Assembly: GCA_046758705.1 (NCBI GenBank)
Contig: JBHIAT010000022.1
Coordinates: forward strand, 1-32,614
Source of the DNA: Candidatus Bipolaricaulia bacterium
Lineage (GTDB): Bacteria > Bipolaricaulota > Bipolaricaulia > JBHIAT01
Reading direction: 5' to 3'
Length of the DNA: 32,614 bases
Shown piece after piece: positions 1 through 9,031 of this stretch (positions are counted from its first letter, which is position 1; each line of letters opens with the position of its first letter). The position numbers and the translations under genes were made by a program. Below the pieces are notes generated by a model. It was not told where the DNA came from and did not search any database. It was given only the letters and a program-made list of their open reading frames with translations.

Positions 1-1
1 C

Positions 2-964
2 CTGTACATGTTGCCGCTGCTGGTCATCCTCTCGATCGTCTCGTTCGGCATCCTTCAGGCTCAACCCGGGGATTTCCTGACCCAGTATCGGTTCAACCCC
101 CGGATCAGTCAGGAGACGCTTAACCAGGTCGCCCACAATCTGGGACTGGACCGACCGTTGTATGTCCAGTACTGGTACTGGCTCAAGGGGATCATCACCC
201 GCGGAGACTTCGGTTACTCGTTCGAGAGGCACATGCCGGTCACCCGCATCTTCGCCCAGTGGCTGCCGTTCACCTTTCTGGTGACCATACCGACACTCGT
301 GTTCGCCTGGATCGTGGCGATCCCACTCGGGATCTACTCAGCGACCCATCAGTATAAGATCAGCGATCACTTCTTCACGTTCTTCGGCTTCCTGGGGCTG
401 TCGATCCCCAACTTCTTCCTGGCGCTCATTCTTCTCTACATCCTGGCTGTACCGTTGGGGGCCGGATCGGTCGGTGGGCTGTTCACCCAGGAGAACATGA
501 GCGGCTCTCCGTGGCCGTGGTTCTGGAGCTGGGCGAAGTTCAAGGACTACCTGGTGCACCTATGGCCGGTCATCGTCGCCATCGGGACGAGCGCAGTGGC
601 CGGACTGATGCGCCAGATGCGCGGCAACCTGCTCGACATCCTGGGCGAGCAGTACGTCCAGACCGCCCGAGCCAAAGGGCTTCGCGAGAGAGTCGTCATC
701 TATAAGCACGCGGTGCGCAACGCCATCAACCCGTTGGTCAGCATCTTCGGACTGAGCCTTCCATATTTGATCGAAGGGACGTTGCTATCGGCCATCGTGC
801 TCAACCTGCCGACGGTAGAGCGCGTTTATTTCCAGGCCCTGCTTAGACAGGACACCTATGTGGTGATGACGTTGCTGATGTTCTTCTCGTTCGCGCTGTT
901 ATTCGGGAATCTGCTGGCGGACATCATGTTGGCGGTGGTCAACCCCAAGATTCGCTATGACTAA
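2..964 (+). CDS. Oligopeptide/oligosaccharide ABC transporter permease, DppB/OppB type (probably 5'-truncated by the window edge)
   Basis: Multi-TM protein with the EAA loop 'YVQTARAKGLRERVVIYKHAVRNA' and C-terminal 'NPKIRY'. The frame is open from base 2 (L-Y-M-L-P), so the true start likely lies upstream of the window. Confidence 0.93.
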   Translation: MYMLPLLVILSIVSFGILQAQPGDFLTQYRFNPRISQETLNQVAHNLGLDRPLYVQYWYWLKGIITRGDFGYSFERHMPVTRIFAQWLPFTFLVTIPTLVFAWIVAIPLGIYSATHQYKISDHFFTFFGFLGLSIPNFFLALILLYILAVPLGAGSVGGLFTQENMSGSPWPWFWSWAKFKDYLVHLWPVIVAIGTSAVAGLMRQMRGNLLDILGEQYVQTARAKGLRERVVIYKHAVRNAINPLVSIFGLSLPYLIEGTLLSAIVLNLPTVERVYFQALLRQDTYVVMTLLMFFSFALLFGNLLADIMLAVVNPKIRYD

Positions 965-2099
965 GACGCTCCTCAGCATCTTCCACTGGAAAAAGCAGAA
1001 GCGGCGCCGCGCCGAGCCGGAGTCGCTGTCTCAGTGGAAGGCGATGTGGCGACAGTTCTGCCACCACCGGATCGGCGTGGTCGGTGGACTGATCGTCTTA
1101 GTCCTGTACCTGATAGCCACCTTCTCAGTGTTCATCTCTCCGTACCGCTTCGACACTCAATTCCGTCGGTTGTCGTTCGCGCCGCCGACCCGCATCCACT
1201 TCTTCGACGAGGACGGGGTCAGCTGGCCGTTCGTCTACGGGATCAAGACGGCCCGCGATCCGCTGACCTTTCAGAAGATCTACCAGGAAGATCAGACGAG
1301 AAAATATCCGATCCGGTTGTTCGTCCGTGGCGAGTCGTACAAGCTGTGGGGGCTGTTCTCGACGGACATCCACCTGTTCGGGGTCAAAGATGGTGGGAAC
1401 ATCTTCCTGTTCGGGACGGACCGATTTGGGCGGGACCTGTTTACACGGACGATCGTCGGGAGCCGGATCTCGATGACGATCGGATTGATCGGGATCGCCA
1501 TCAGCTTCACCCTGGGGATCTTTTTCGGCGGCATCTCTGGCTACTACGGCGGCTGGCTTGACACACTGATGCAGCGGACCGGTGAGGTGATACTCTCGTT
1601 CCCGGGGCTGCCCCTGCTGCTGGCGTTGAGACTCGTCCTTCCGTCAAGCTGGAACTCGATCCAGATATACTTAGGGATTGTCGTCATCCTGTCGTTCATC
1701 GGCTGGGCCGGGCTGGCGCGCGTCGTCCGTGGCCAGTTCCTGGCGGTGCGCGAGGAGGAGTTCGCGCTCGCTGCCCGGGCGGTCGGGTCGAGTGATCTCA
1801 GGGTGATGTTCCGTCACATCCTGCCAAATACACTGAGCTATCTGATCGTCGCTGCCACCCTGGCCGTCCCCGGCTACATCCTCGGCGAGAGCGCGCTGAG
1901 CTTCCTCGGACTTGGGATCACCGAGCCGATGACCAGCTGGGGTTTGTTGTTAAGCGACGCGAACAGCATCCAAAACCTGTCATCCCATCCCTGGCTGCTG
2001 ATCCCGGGACTGTTCATTGTGGTCGCGGTGCTTGCTTTCAACTTCCTGGGCGATGCGATGCGCGACGCCGCCGACCCGTTCGCCGTGCGCGGGAGGTAA
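957..2099 (+). CDS. ABC transporter permease, DppC/OppC type, with a long periplasmic insertion
   Basis: Motifs 'FGTDRFGRDLF', 'AARAVGSSDLRVMFRHILPN' and 'FNFLGDAMRDAADP'. Overlaps the end of the previous gene. Confidence 0.93.
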   Translation: MTKTLLSIFHWKKQKRRRAEPESLSQWKAMWRQFCHHRIGVVGGLIVLVLYLIATFSVFISPYRFDTQFRRLSFAPPTRIHFFDEDGVSWPFVYGIKTARDPLTFQKIYQEDQTRKYPIRLFVRGESYKLWGLFSTDIHLFGVKDGGNIFLFGTDRFGRDLFTRTIVGSRISMTIGLIGIAISFTLGIFFGGISGYYGGWLDTLMQRTGEVILSFPGLPLLLALRLVLPSSWNSIQIYLGIVVILSFIGWAGLARVVRGQFLAVREEEFALAARAVGSSDLRVMFRHILPNTLSYLIVAATLAVPGYILGESALSFLGLGITEPMTSWGLLLSDANSIQNLSSHPWLLIPGLFIVVAVLAFNFLGDAMRDAADPFAVRGR

Positions 2100-2112
2100 G
2101 CGGACCTCCCGC
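2089..2112 (+). terminator. Stem-loop at the end of the ABC operon
   Basis: GCGGGAGGT-aagcgg-ACCTCCCGC forms a 9-bp perfect stem spanning the stop codon. There is no U-tract, so a terminator role is uncertain. Confidence 0.4.
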
Positions 2113-2127
2113 CCCAAACCCCAAGAA

Positions 2128-2157
2128 TTGCCGTTTCAATCGCAAATCCGCTATAAT
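2128..2157 (+). promoter_or_regulatory. sigma70-type promoter
   Basis: TTGCCG-N18-TATAAT lies upstream of SD AGGAGG (2176-2181) and ATG 2191. Confidence 0.65.
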
Positions 2158-2190
2158 ATAGAAATGATTTGGCCCAGGAGGCAAAATCTG

Positions 2191-3003
2191 ATGAAACAGG
2201 CGGCTTTATCCGTTGGATTGACTTTCGTTTTGGTCATTGGTCTACCGTACCTTGCCGTCGCTCAGGAAATTGTACCGCTGACATCCGGGATTGCCGAGCC
2301 GGGTCACGTTGGAGGGGACGAGTTTCTGGCCGCGACCCAGTACGTGATCGAAGTCCCTGAAGACGTAGCGGGATTGATCATAGAACTGGAGAACCTGGGA
2401 GACGGGGACATCGACCTGTACGTGCGGTTCGGACAGCCGCTCGATACGGAGTTCCCAGCGGATTTCGAGTCGGTTGACGCAGGGGGGGAGGAAACGATCA
2501 TCGTGGATGCTGGTTCATTTCCCGCGCTGCAGCCGGGAATCTACTACATCGGCGTGGTCAACAACGAGTTTGAGGATCAGGACTTTTTCATCACCGCCAC
2601 CGTGTCCGAGGAGCCGATCGCCCGGGACTTTTTCGAGGTTCTCCTGATCCCCGGTGAAGTTCAACAGGGAACCGTCCCGGCATCTGAACCGGGAGCGATC
2701 ACGTTAAGCTCGACCCAGTATGTAATTGTGGTACCCGAAGGGGCAAAGAGCCTGATCATATTGCTCACCAACCAGGGGGCGGGGGACATCGACCTGTACA
2801 TCCGACTCGCCGGGCCCATCAAGATATCGGAGGGTGAGATCATTGCCGATCTTTCATCTATCTCCACTACGGGGGAGGAATCGATCCGTATTCACCAGCG
2901 AATCCTTCCGAGCGGGAGGTTTTATGTGGTTGTGCAAAACCTCGAGCTGACCTCGCAGACCTTTATCATCGAGGCTGTTATAGAGACTGAGGAGGAGGAA
3001 TGA
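2191..3003 (+). CDS. Secreted acidic protein with two tandem PPC (pre-peptidase C-terminal)-like domains
   Basis: SD AGGAGG precedes ATG 2191, followed by a signal peptide ending AVA-Q. Internal duplication 'TQYVIEVPE...[10 protein letters not shown]' / 'TQYVIVVPE...[10 protein letters not shown]'. No catalytic domain is recognisable. Confidence 0.75.
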   Translation: MKQAALSVGLTFVLVIGLPYLAVAQEIVPLTSGIAEPGHVGGDEFLAATQYVIEVPEDVAGLIIELENLGDGDIDLYVRFGQPLDTEFPADFESVDAGGEETIIVDAGSFPALQPGIYYIGVVNNEFEDQDFFITATVSEEPIARDFFEVLLIPGEVQQGTVPASEPGAITLSSTQYVIVVPEGAKSLIILLTNQGAGDIDLYIRLAGPIKISEGEIIADLSSISTTGEESIRIHQRILPSGRFYVVVQNLELTSQTFIIEAVIETEEEE

Positions 3004-3049
3004 TACACGCAGAAGGAATAGCAAGGTGGGGGAAGAAAGGAGCGTGATC

Positions 3050-5494
3050 ATGGGGCGTATCGAAACGACCTACATCGAGCGGGAGATGGAGGAGTCCTAC
3101 ATCAACTATGCGATGAGCGTCATCCGGGGCCGGGCGATCCCGGAGGTGCGCGACGGGCTCAAACCGGTCCAGCGTCGTATCCTCTATGGGATGCACCAGC
3201 TTGGTCTGCCCTCCAACAAGCCGCCCAAGAAGGCGGCCCGGATCGTGGGAACGGTCATGGGACAGTACCATCCACACGGCGATCAGGCCGTCTACGACAC
3301 ACTGGTCAACATGGCCCAGGACTTCTCGTTCCGCTACCCGCTCATCGACGGTCAGGGAAACTTCGGCTCTCTGGATGGTGACGCCGCGGCGGCGATGAGG
3401 TATACTGAGGCTCGGCTTTCTAAGATCAGCGAACGGTTCCTTGACGATCTGGGCGAGGACACCGTCGACTTCGTCCCCAACTTCGATGACTCGCTCGAGG
3501 AGCCCGAGGTCCTGCCAACCAAGGTTCCGAACCTTCTGCTGAATGGCTCCTGGGGCATCTCGGTCGGGATGACCACCCGCATCCCTCCCCACAACCTCGG
3601 GGAACTGGTTGACGGGCTCATCTATCTGATCGAAGATCCTGACGCCGGGATCGACGAACTGATGGGGTTCATTCCTGGCCCAGACTTCCCGACAGGCGGG
3701 ATCATCCTGGGATGGGAGGGCATCCGAAAAGCCTACCACACCAGTAGGGGGAAGATCCGGATCCGGTCGAAGGCGAAGATTGAGGAGAACCAGATCATCA
3801 TCACCGAGATTCCCTACCTGGTGAAGAAGTCGACGATCGTCGAGAGCATCGCCAAGCAGGTACGCAGTGGAGGGATTGGGGGAATCTCCGACCTGCGGGA
3901 TGAGTCCGATCGCGAGGGCCTGCGGATCGTGGTCGAGGTGAAAAACAGCGCCGATCCCCAGGTGATACTCAACCAGCTCTATCGTTACACACCGTTGGAG
4001 TGGACGTTCAGCGTCGAGCTATTGGTGATCAAGGATGGTGACCCGCGGCTGCTGACGCTCAAGGAGGCGCTCGAAAGTTTTCTGGAGCACCGCCGCCAAG
4101 TGGTGGCGCGCCGCACCCGATATCGGCTGACCAAGGCCCGGGAGCGCGCCCACATCCTGGAGGGACTCCAGGTAGCGCTTGAACACAGCTCGGAGGTGAT
4201 CAAGCTCATCCGGGGCGCCGAGAGCAGCGAGGCGGCCACAAAGGCGCTGGTGAAGCGGTACGAGTTCTCGGAGCGGCAGGCCGACGCGATCCTGAGGATG
4301 CGGCTGCGACGGCTCACCACGCTTGAGCAACAGAAGATCGCCGACGAGGCGAGCTCAGTGGCAGAGAGCATTCAAGAGTACGAGACGATCCTGGAGAGCC
4401 GCGATCGGGTCGCCCAGGTCATCCGGGAGGAGCTGGAAGATCTTAAAGCGCGCTACGCCGACGCGCGGCGCACCTCGATCAGCGAAGAGGTGGAAGCGCT
4501 GGATCTGGAGGCGCTGATCCCCAGGTACAACTTGGTGCTGAACATCACCAACAAGGGCTATGTCAACGCGCCTCGCGAGAACGTTTACAAGAAACAGCAT
4601 CGGGGTGGAAAAGGGGTCATCGGCATTCGGATCGACGCCGACGACCGGATGAAGCAGGTCGCGTTCACCAACACACACGGGACGCTTCTGATCTTCACCG
4701 ATCGGGCGAACGTCTATCGGCTGCCGACGCTGCGCCTCCCGTCGCTGCGTCGTGACACCAAGGGACGAAACCTCAGAGACTTCATCGAGCTGGACGAGGC
4801 TGAGCAGGTCCAGGCGATCCTGTCGATCGACGACTTTGACTTCGACCGGGACCGGTGCTGTCTGATGGTCACCGAGGGCGGGATCGTCAACCGAAACCTG
4901 TTGACCAGCTTCCAGCATGCCAACCCGTACGGGATCATCGCCTTCAACCCCGAACCGGACGATCGCTTGGCGGGCGTGACCATCTCCTCCGGGGGAGGCG
5001 AGTTGGTCGTGGGCACCGCCAACGGCAAGGTGATTCGGTTCAAAGAGGGGCGGGTACGCTGCACTCGGAGACCTTCCCGAGGGGTGTTCGGCATCCGTCT
5101 TGAGAAAGGCGATCGGGCGGTGGATATCGTGGCGATGGAGGGAACGGACGGGCCGCCCCCGGCCGAGGAGTTGTTGATGGTCACTGAGAACGGCTATGGG
5201 AAGCGGATCCGGCTCAGAACGATCCCGTTGCAGGGGCGCGGCGGCAAAGGGGTGCTGGGCATCCGGGTGAGCCGCGTGACCGGCCGGTTGATTGCGCTTG
5301 AACCGATCAACCTCGACGACGAGGTCCTGCTGGCCACCCGGGGCGGACAGATGATCCGAATCTTGGTGAAGCGGATCAACCGCTTCGGCCGCTATGCCCG
5401 GGGGGTGAAGCTGATCGGTCTCGACCCGGGTGATCGGGTCGCCTCGGTGGCCAAGATCCCTAAAGAAGAGGAAGAGGAACAGGAGGATGCCTGA
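3050..5494 (+). CDS. gyrA: DNA gyrase subunit A
   Basis: Motifs '[10 protein letters not shown]', 'YHPHGD', catalytic 'AAMRYTE', GyrA-box 'QHRGGKG', C-terminal pinwheel repeats and an acidic tail. SD AAGGAG precedes ATG 3050. Confidence 0.96.
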   Translation: MGRIETTYIEREMEESYINYAMSVIRGRAIPEVRDGLKPVQRRILYGMHQLGLPSNKPPKKAARIVGTVMGQYHPHGDQAVYDTLVNMAQDFSFRYPLIDGQGNFGSLDGDAAAAMRYTEARLSKISERFLDDLGEDTVDFVPNFDDSLEEPEVLPTKVPNLLLNGSWGISVGMTTRIPPHNLGELVDGLIYLIEDPDAGIDELMGFIPGPDFPTGGIILGWEGIRKAYHTSRGKIRIRSKAKIEENQIIITEIPYLVKKSTIVESIAKQVRSGGIGGISDLRDESDREGLRIVVEVKNSADPQVILNQLYRYTPLEWTFSVELLVIKDGDPRLLTLKEALESFLEHRRQVVARRTRYRLTKARERAHILEGLQVALEHSSEVIKLIRGAESSEAATKALVKRYEFSERQADAILRMRLRRLTTLEQQKIADEASSVAESIQEYETILESRDRVAQVIREELEDLKARYADARRTSISEEVEALDLEALIPRYNLVLNITNKGYVNAPRENVYKKQHRGGKGVIGIRIDADDRMKQVAFTNTHGTLLIFTDRANVYRLPTLRLPSLRRDTKGRNLRDFIELDEAEQVQAILSIDDFDFDRDRCCLMVTEGGIVNRNLLTSFQHANPYGIIAFNPEPDDRLAGVTISSGGGELVVGTANGKVIRFKEGRVRCTRRPSRGVFGIRLEKGDRAVDIVAMEGTDGPPPAEELLMVTENGYGKRIRLRTIPLQGRGGKGVLGIRVSRVTGRLIALEPINLDDEVLLATRGGQMIRILVKRINRFGRYARGVKLIGLDPGDRVASVAKIPKEEEEEQEDA

Positions 5495-6701
5495 ATCTGA
5501 GATTGAAACGTCACTGGCGCGGGTCAAGCGCGGGACGGTCGACCTCATCCCTGAAGCGGAATTGATCGGCAAGTTGAAGCGCTCCCGGGAGACGGGTGAG
5601 CCGCTGCGGGTGAAGTTAGGGATCGACCCCTCCGCCCCCAACCTGACGCTAGGCCACTCCGTGGTGCTGCGCAAACTCAGGGATTTTCAGGAGTTCGGCC
5701 ACACGGCCGTGCTGGTCGTTGGTGATTTCACCCGACGGATCGGCGATCCCTCCGGCCAGACGCAGGCCCGAGAGATGGTGACCACCGAGGAGATCGAACG
5801 GAACATGAAAGATTACCGGGATCAGGCGTTCAAGATCCTCGACCCCGAACGGACCGAATTCCGCTACAATTCCGAATGGCTGAGTCATCTGTCGTTCGAG
5901 GAACTCATCATCCTGTCGTCGAAGTACACCGTCGCCCGGATGCTGGAGCGAGACGATTTTTCCAAACGCTACCGAGAAAACCGGCCGATCAGCATCATGG
6001 AGTTCCTCTATCCGCTGGCACAGGCCTATGATTCGATCGCTATCGAGGCGGACGTCGAGCTCGGCGGCCTCGATCAGAAGTTCAACCTGCTCATCGGGCG
6101 GGAGATCCAGCGCCAGTATGACCAGGAACCCCAGATCGTTGTCACCGTCCCGCTGCTGATCGGGCTCGACGGCGTGCGGGTGATGAGCCAGAGCAAGGGT
6201 AACTACATCGGGATCAACGAACTGCCGAACGAGATGTATGGCAAGGTGATGTCGATCCCGGATAGTCTGCTCAAACAGTATTACGAACTGCTCATCGACG
6301 TGCCGTGGGCGGAGGTGGCCGACCTCCATCCCAAAGCCCAGAAGGACCGGCTCGCCCGGGAACTGGTGACGATCTACCACAGCCAGGAGGCGGCCGAGGC
6401 AGCGGCGCGGGAGTTCGAGCGGGTGTTCGTCACGAAAAAAACTCCTTCTGATATCAAGCAGGTGTCCATCGATAGCAAGTATATCAAGGAGGACGGGACG
6501 ATCTGGATCGTCGACCTCCTTGAAGGCTCTGGCCTGGTGGGCAGCCGATCGCAGGCACGCCGACTGATCGAGCAGGGTGGTGTTTATTTAAACGGAGATC
6601 GGATCGAGACGGTCGACTTTGACCCCATGTTCGAAGATGGGATGATACTGCAGGTCGGCAAGCGAAGCTTCGTTAAGATCATCTCTCAGGGCAGCGATTG
6701 A
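5487..6701 (+). CDS. tyrS: Tyrosyl-tRNA synthetase (with C-terminal S4 domain)
   Basis: Motifs 'VKLGIDP', 'IGDPSG', '[12 protein letters not shown]', '[10 protein letters not shown]' and S4 '[14 protein letters not shown]...VGKR'. ATG 5487 follows AGGAGG and overlaps the gyrA end. Confidence 0.95.
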   Translation: MPESEIETSLARVKRGTVDLIPEAELIGKLKRSRETGEPLRVKLGIDPSAPNLTLGHSVVLRKLRDFQEFGHTAVLVVGDFTRRIGDPSGQTQAREMVTTEEIERNMKDYRDQAFKILDPERTEFRYNSEWLSHLSFEELIILSSKYTVARMLERDDFSKRYRENRPISIMEFLYPLAQAYDSIAIEADVELGGLDQKFNLLIGREIQRQYDQEPQIVVTVPLLIGLDGVRVMSQSKGNYIGINELPNEMYGKVMSIPDSLLKQYYELLIDVPWAEVADLHPKAQKDRLARELVTIYHSQEAAEAAAREFERVFVTKKTPSDIKQVSIDSKYIKEDGTIWIVDLLEGSGLVGSRSQARRLIEQGGVYLNGDRIETVDFDPMFEDGMILQVGKRSFVKIISQGSD

Positions 6702-6713
6702 GGGGATCCCCCG

Positions 6714-7130
6714 GTGCGCGAAGGGTGCATTTTCTGTCGGATCGCAGCCGGTGAAGTAAACGCCCACCGGGTGTATGAGGATGCGGAGACGTTAGCGTTT
6801 CTTGACATTCACCCGTTGACTGAGGGCCACACGATGGTGATCCCCAAGCAACATTATCGCAAGCTGGAGGAGATGCCCGTCACCGAGGCCGGACGGCTGT
6901 TCGAGACCGTTCGCTTGGTGGTTGAGAAGGTAGGTCAGGCGATGGGAACGGATTCATCGACGATCGGGATCAACAACGGGCGACTCGCCGGACAGGCGGT
7001 CCCTCACCTTCACGTCCATATCGTGCCCCGCTACCCCGGCGACGGCGGTGGCACAATCCACACGATCGTGCACCATCCAAGCAGCCGGAGCCTCGACGAG
7101 GTCCAAAAGAAGATCGTAGCGCTGTTTTGA
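6714..7130 (+). CDS. HIT family nucleotide hydrolase (Hint-like)
   Basis: 'CIFC' Zn motif, 'AFLDIHP...GHTMVIPK' and histidine triad 'HLHVH'. Confidence 0.93.
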   Translation: MREGCIFCRIAAGEVNAHRVYEDAETLAFLDIHPLTEGHTMVIPKQHYRKLEEMPVTEAGRLFETVRLVVEKVGQAMGTDSSTIGINNGRLAGQAVPHLHVHIVPRYPGDGGGTIHTIVHHPSSRSLDEVQKKIVALF

Positions 7131-7202
7131 TCACCATTCCGGACATGCTCAGAGCGAATTAGTATAAGTTAAAGGAATCCTATGTCATGAGGGGGCCCGC
7201 TG

Positions 7203-7289
7203 ATGGGGCAGACTCAGACGAATGACCTCGGGCTCAAAGTGAAACTTTTTGGGCCCTTTGAGGTCTGGCGCGAGACCGAAGGATTTTGA
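7203..7289 (+). pseudogene. Truncated N-terminus of a SARP/AfsR-like (winged-helix/BTAD) regulator
   Basis: MGQTQTNDLGLKVKLFGPFEVWRETEGF*. 'LKVKLFGPFEVWR' matches the typical SARP first strand (L-x-I-x-L-L-G-P-F-E-V). A G-rich SD lies upstream and the ORF stops after 28 codons. Confidence 0.5.
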
Positions 7290-7332
7290 CCGCAAGTTTC
7301 GGATAGTTTCGATCGTCACCTTACCCTAGAAT
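7283..7332 (+). promoter_or_regulatory. Putative Ada box plus -10 element of the ada promoter
   Basis: ATT-N6-GCAA(G) at 7283-7296 compares with the E. coli Ada site AAT-N6-GCAA. TAGAAT at 7327-7332 has no good -35, as expected for an activator-dependent promoter. Confidence 0.45.
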
Positions 7333-7398
7333 CGATGTAGAAATTGGGAGGTGACGACTTTGAGCCAAGCACGAAGCAATATTCGGGAGGTGTGGATC

Positions 7399-8460
7399 AT
7401 GGATGAAGAGAACCGCTGGCAGGCGATACTGGACAGAGATGTCGGTTCGGATGGAGCATTCGTCTATGCGGTGCGCTCCACGGGCATCTACTGCCGCCCA
7501 TCATGTCCGTCCCGGCGACCTCGACGTGATCAGGTGATCTTCTTTCCCGTTTCAGAAGCGGCTGAGCGAGCCGGGTTCCGTCCCTGCCGGCGTTGTCGAC
7601 CTCAGGAAAACACCTCTCCTCAGGTGAAGTGGGTCCAGCACATCTGCCGCTACATCGAAACCCATTTAAACGACCCGTTGACGTTGGCCAATCTCAGCGC
7701 CGAAGTGGGCATCAGCCCATATCACTTGCAGCGGACCTTCAAGCGCATCATGGGTCTCACACCGCGCCAGTACGCGGAGGCCTATCGCTTAGGCCGGCTG
7801 AAGACGCGGCTCAGGGAGGGAGAAGACGTGACTCGGGCGCTCTATGCCGTGGGCTATGGTTCCAGCAGCCGCGTTTACGAGCGAGCCCCCACCCAGCTTG
7901 GCATGACCCCAGCGACCTACCGACGGGGCGGCCGGGGGATGCGCATCAGCTACACCATCGTCGACTGCCCCTTGGGTCGCCTATTGGTGGCAGCCACCGA
8001 GAGAGGTGTCTGTGCTGTCAGCCTGGGCGATTCCGACGCCGCACTCGAGGCCGCCCTGTCCAGCGAGTATCCTGCCGCTGAGATCGATCGTGACGAGGTC
8101 GACCTTAATCAGTGGGTCAGCACGTTGTTGAACTATCTCAACGGTCGGCAGCCCCACCTCAACCTCCTTCCGATGGATGTGCAGGCCACTGCGTTTCAGT
8201 GGCGGGTCTGGAAAGAGCTGCGGGCCATCCCCTACGGCAGTACCCGCTCCTACGGCGAGGTTGCTCGGGTTCTGGGTCAGCCCACAGCGGCTCGGGCTGT
8301 CGCCCGGGCGTGTGCCACCAATCCCGTGGCGCTGGTGATCCCCTGCCACCGAGTGGTGAGAAAAGACGGGGACCTCGGCGGCTATCGCTGGGGCGTGGAG
8401 CGCAAGCGAGCCCTGCTCGCGCAGGAGCAGAAGCGGAAGCGGAAGCAGACTGCCGATTAG
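7399..8460 (+). CDS. ada: Bifunctional transcriptional activator / O6-methylguanine-DNA methyltransferase Ada
   Basis: N-Ada Zn ligands 'YCRPSC' and 'RPCRRC', AraC HTH, and C-terminal active site 'PCHRV'. SD GGAGGT precedes ATG 7399. Confidence 0.96.
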   Translation: MDEENRWQAILDRDVGSDGAFVYAVRSTGIYCRPSCPSRRPRRDQVIFFPVSEAAERAGFRPCRRCRPQENTSPQVKWVQHICRYIETHLNDPLTLANLSAEVGISPYHLQRTFKRIMGLTPRQYAEAYRLGRLKTRLREGEDVTRALYAVGYGSSSRVYERAPTQLGMTPATYRRGGRGMRISYTIVDCPLGRLLVAATERGVCAVSLGDSDAALEAALSSEYPAAEIDRDEVDLNQWVSTLLNYLNGRQPHLNLLPMDVQATAFQWRVWKELRAIPYGSTRSYGEVARVLGQPTAARAVARACATNPVALVIPCHRVVRKDGDLGGYRWGVERKRALLAQEQKRKRKQTAD

Positions 8461-8646
8461 CCTACCGCTCACTCCCGCAAGCCTTCCAGTTGACTGTATC
8501 GCCTTGTGATGGGATGGGCATTTCAGTGCGTTGGACCTGGATTGCCCCGCTGTTGGGTGAGAACTCTAACGGTTCACTTGTGAGAAACATTACGGCGATC
8601 CGTCCCCCCATCCCTTAATATTGATAATGGCACCTGTAGCGGCCAC

Positions 8647-8753
8647 AAAAAAACAGAGTGGTTGCCTTGCGGCAAGGCCATGCTGAGATAGAGATCACTC
8701 GTCTAGATTGGCAATTTGCCCCTTTTGCCTTCAGCATGGCCGCCACTCTTTGT
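8647..8753 (-). ncRNA. Multibranch hairpin ending in U7 on the minus strand (structured RNA or terminator)
   Basis: AGAGTGG (8655-8661) pairs with CCACTCT (8743-8749). GGCCATGCTGA (8676-8686) pairs with TCAGCATGGCC (8731-8741). Side hairpin TTGCC-ttgc-GGCAA (8662-8675). A7 run at 8647-8653. Confidence 0.45.
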
Positions 8754-8918
8754 TGTGTGAGAATCCTAACACTCCGATCATGATCTTCATCATAGCAGAC
8801 CGCGCCGTCGCGGTTTATACTAGGTTGAAGATGCTCCTCTTTTTCATTGCTAGACCGTGCCGGGGGATCACGGGGGTGGTTTGGGGGGCTCGCCTCCGAT
8901 CATCCCCCGGCCAGGTCT
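8754..8918 (+). repeat. Copy 1 of an inverted-duplicated operator/promoter/anti-SD/hairpin module
   Basis: 8754-8826 aligns ungapped (56/73 identical, first 21 nt perfect) to the reverse complement of 9101-9173. It is followed by a CTCCTCTTTTT tract and the stem GCCGGGGGAT...ATCCCCCGGC. Confidence 0.85.
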
Positions 8919-9031
8919 TACCCACCCTCCAGGGACGACCGCCAAAATAGTTTGACTGATTCTCACCCAACAGGAAAGCTTGCAATCCAGTTTAGTCGCT
9001 GAGAGGAATTGTGCTCACAATCGATTAGGAA

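Larger units (their letters stand above)
8550..8973. mobile_element. Putative non-autonomous (MITE-like) element with 14-bp terminal inverted repeats
   Basis: CTGTTGGGTGAGAA (8550-8563) and TTCTCACCCAACAG (8960-8973) form a perfect IR with TGT...ACA ends. Extra GTGAGAA sites occur at 8580 and 8757. No transposase and no target duplication are visible. Confidence 0.5.

Noticed and set aside
2017-2190. N-terminal extensions in the ORF track (2017, 5430, 7351, 14861, 16574, 17596, 19499, 20376, 32085)
   Set aside because: They overlap neighbouring genes or promoters. Downstream starts have SD sequences and match family N-termini.
3050-5494. ParC identity or an intein in the topoisomerase gene
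   Set aside because: The GyrA-box and full C-terminal pinwheel with acidic tail are present, and the sequence is continuous around the catalytic Tyr.
4355-5674. 439-aa minus-strand ORF, and similar long antisense ORFs (2978-3739, 5649-6380, 13161-14273, 17496-18557, 23624-24598, 27689-28774, 28817-29926)
   Set aside because: They lie opposite well-conserved genes and have no motifs. They are shadow ORFs expected from GC-rich codon bias.
8526-8560. GTGCG as a group II intron 5' end
   Set aside because: No domain V/VI-like sequence or reverse transcriptase ORF downstream.
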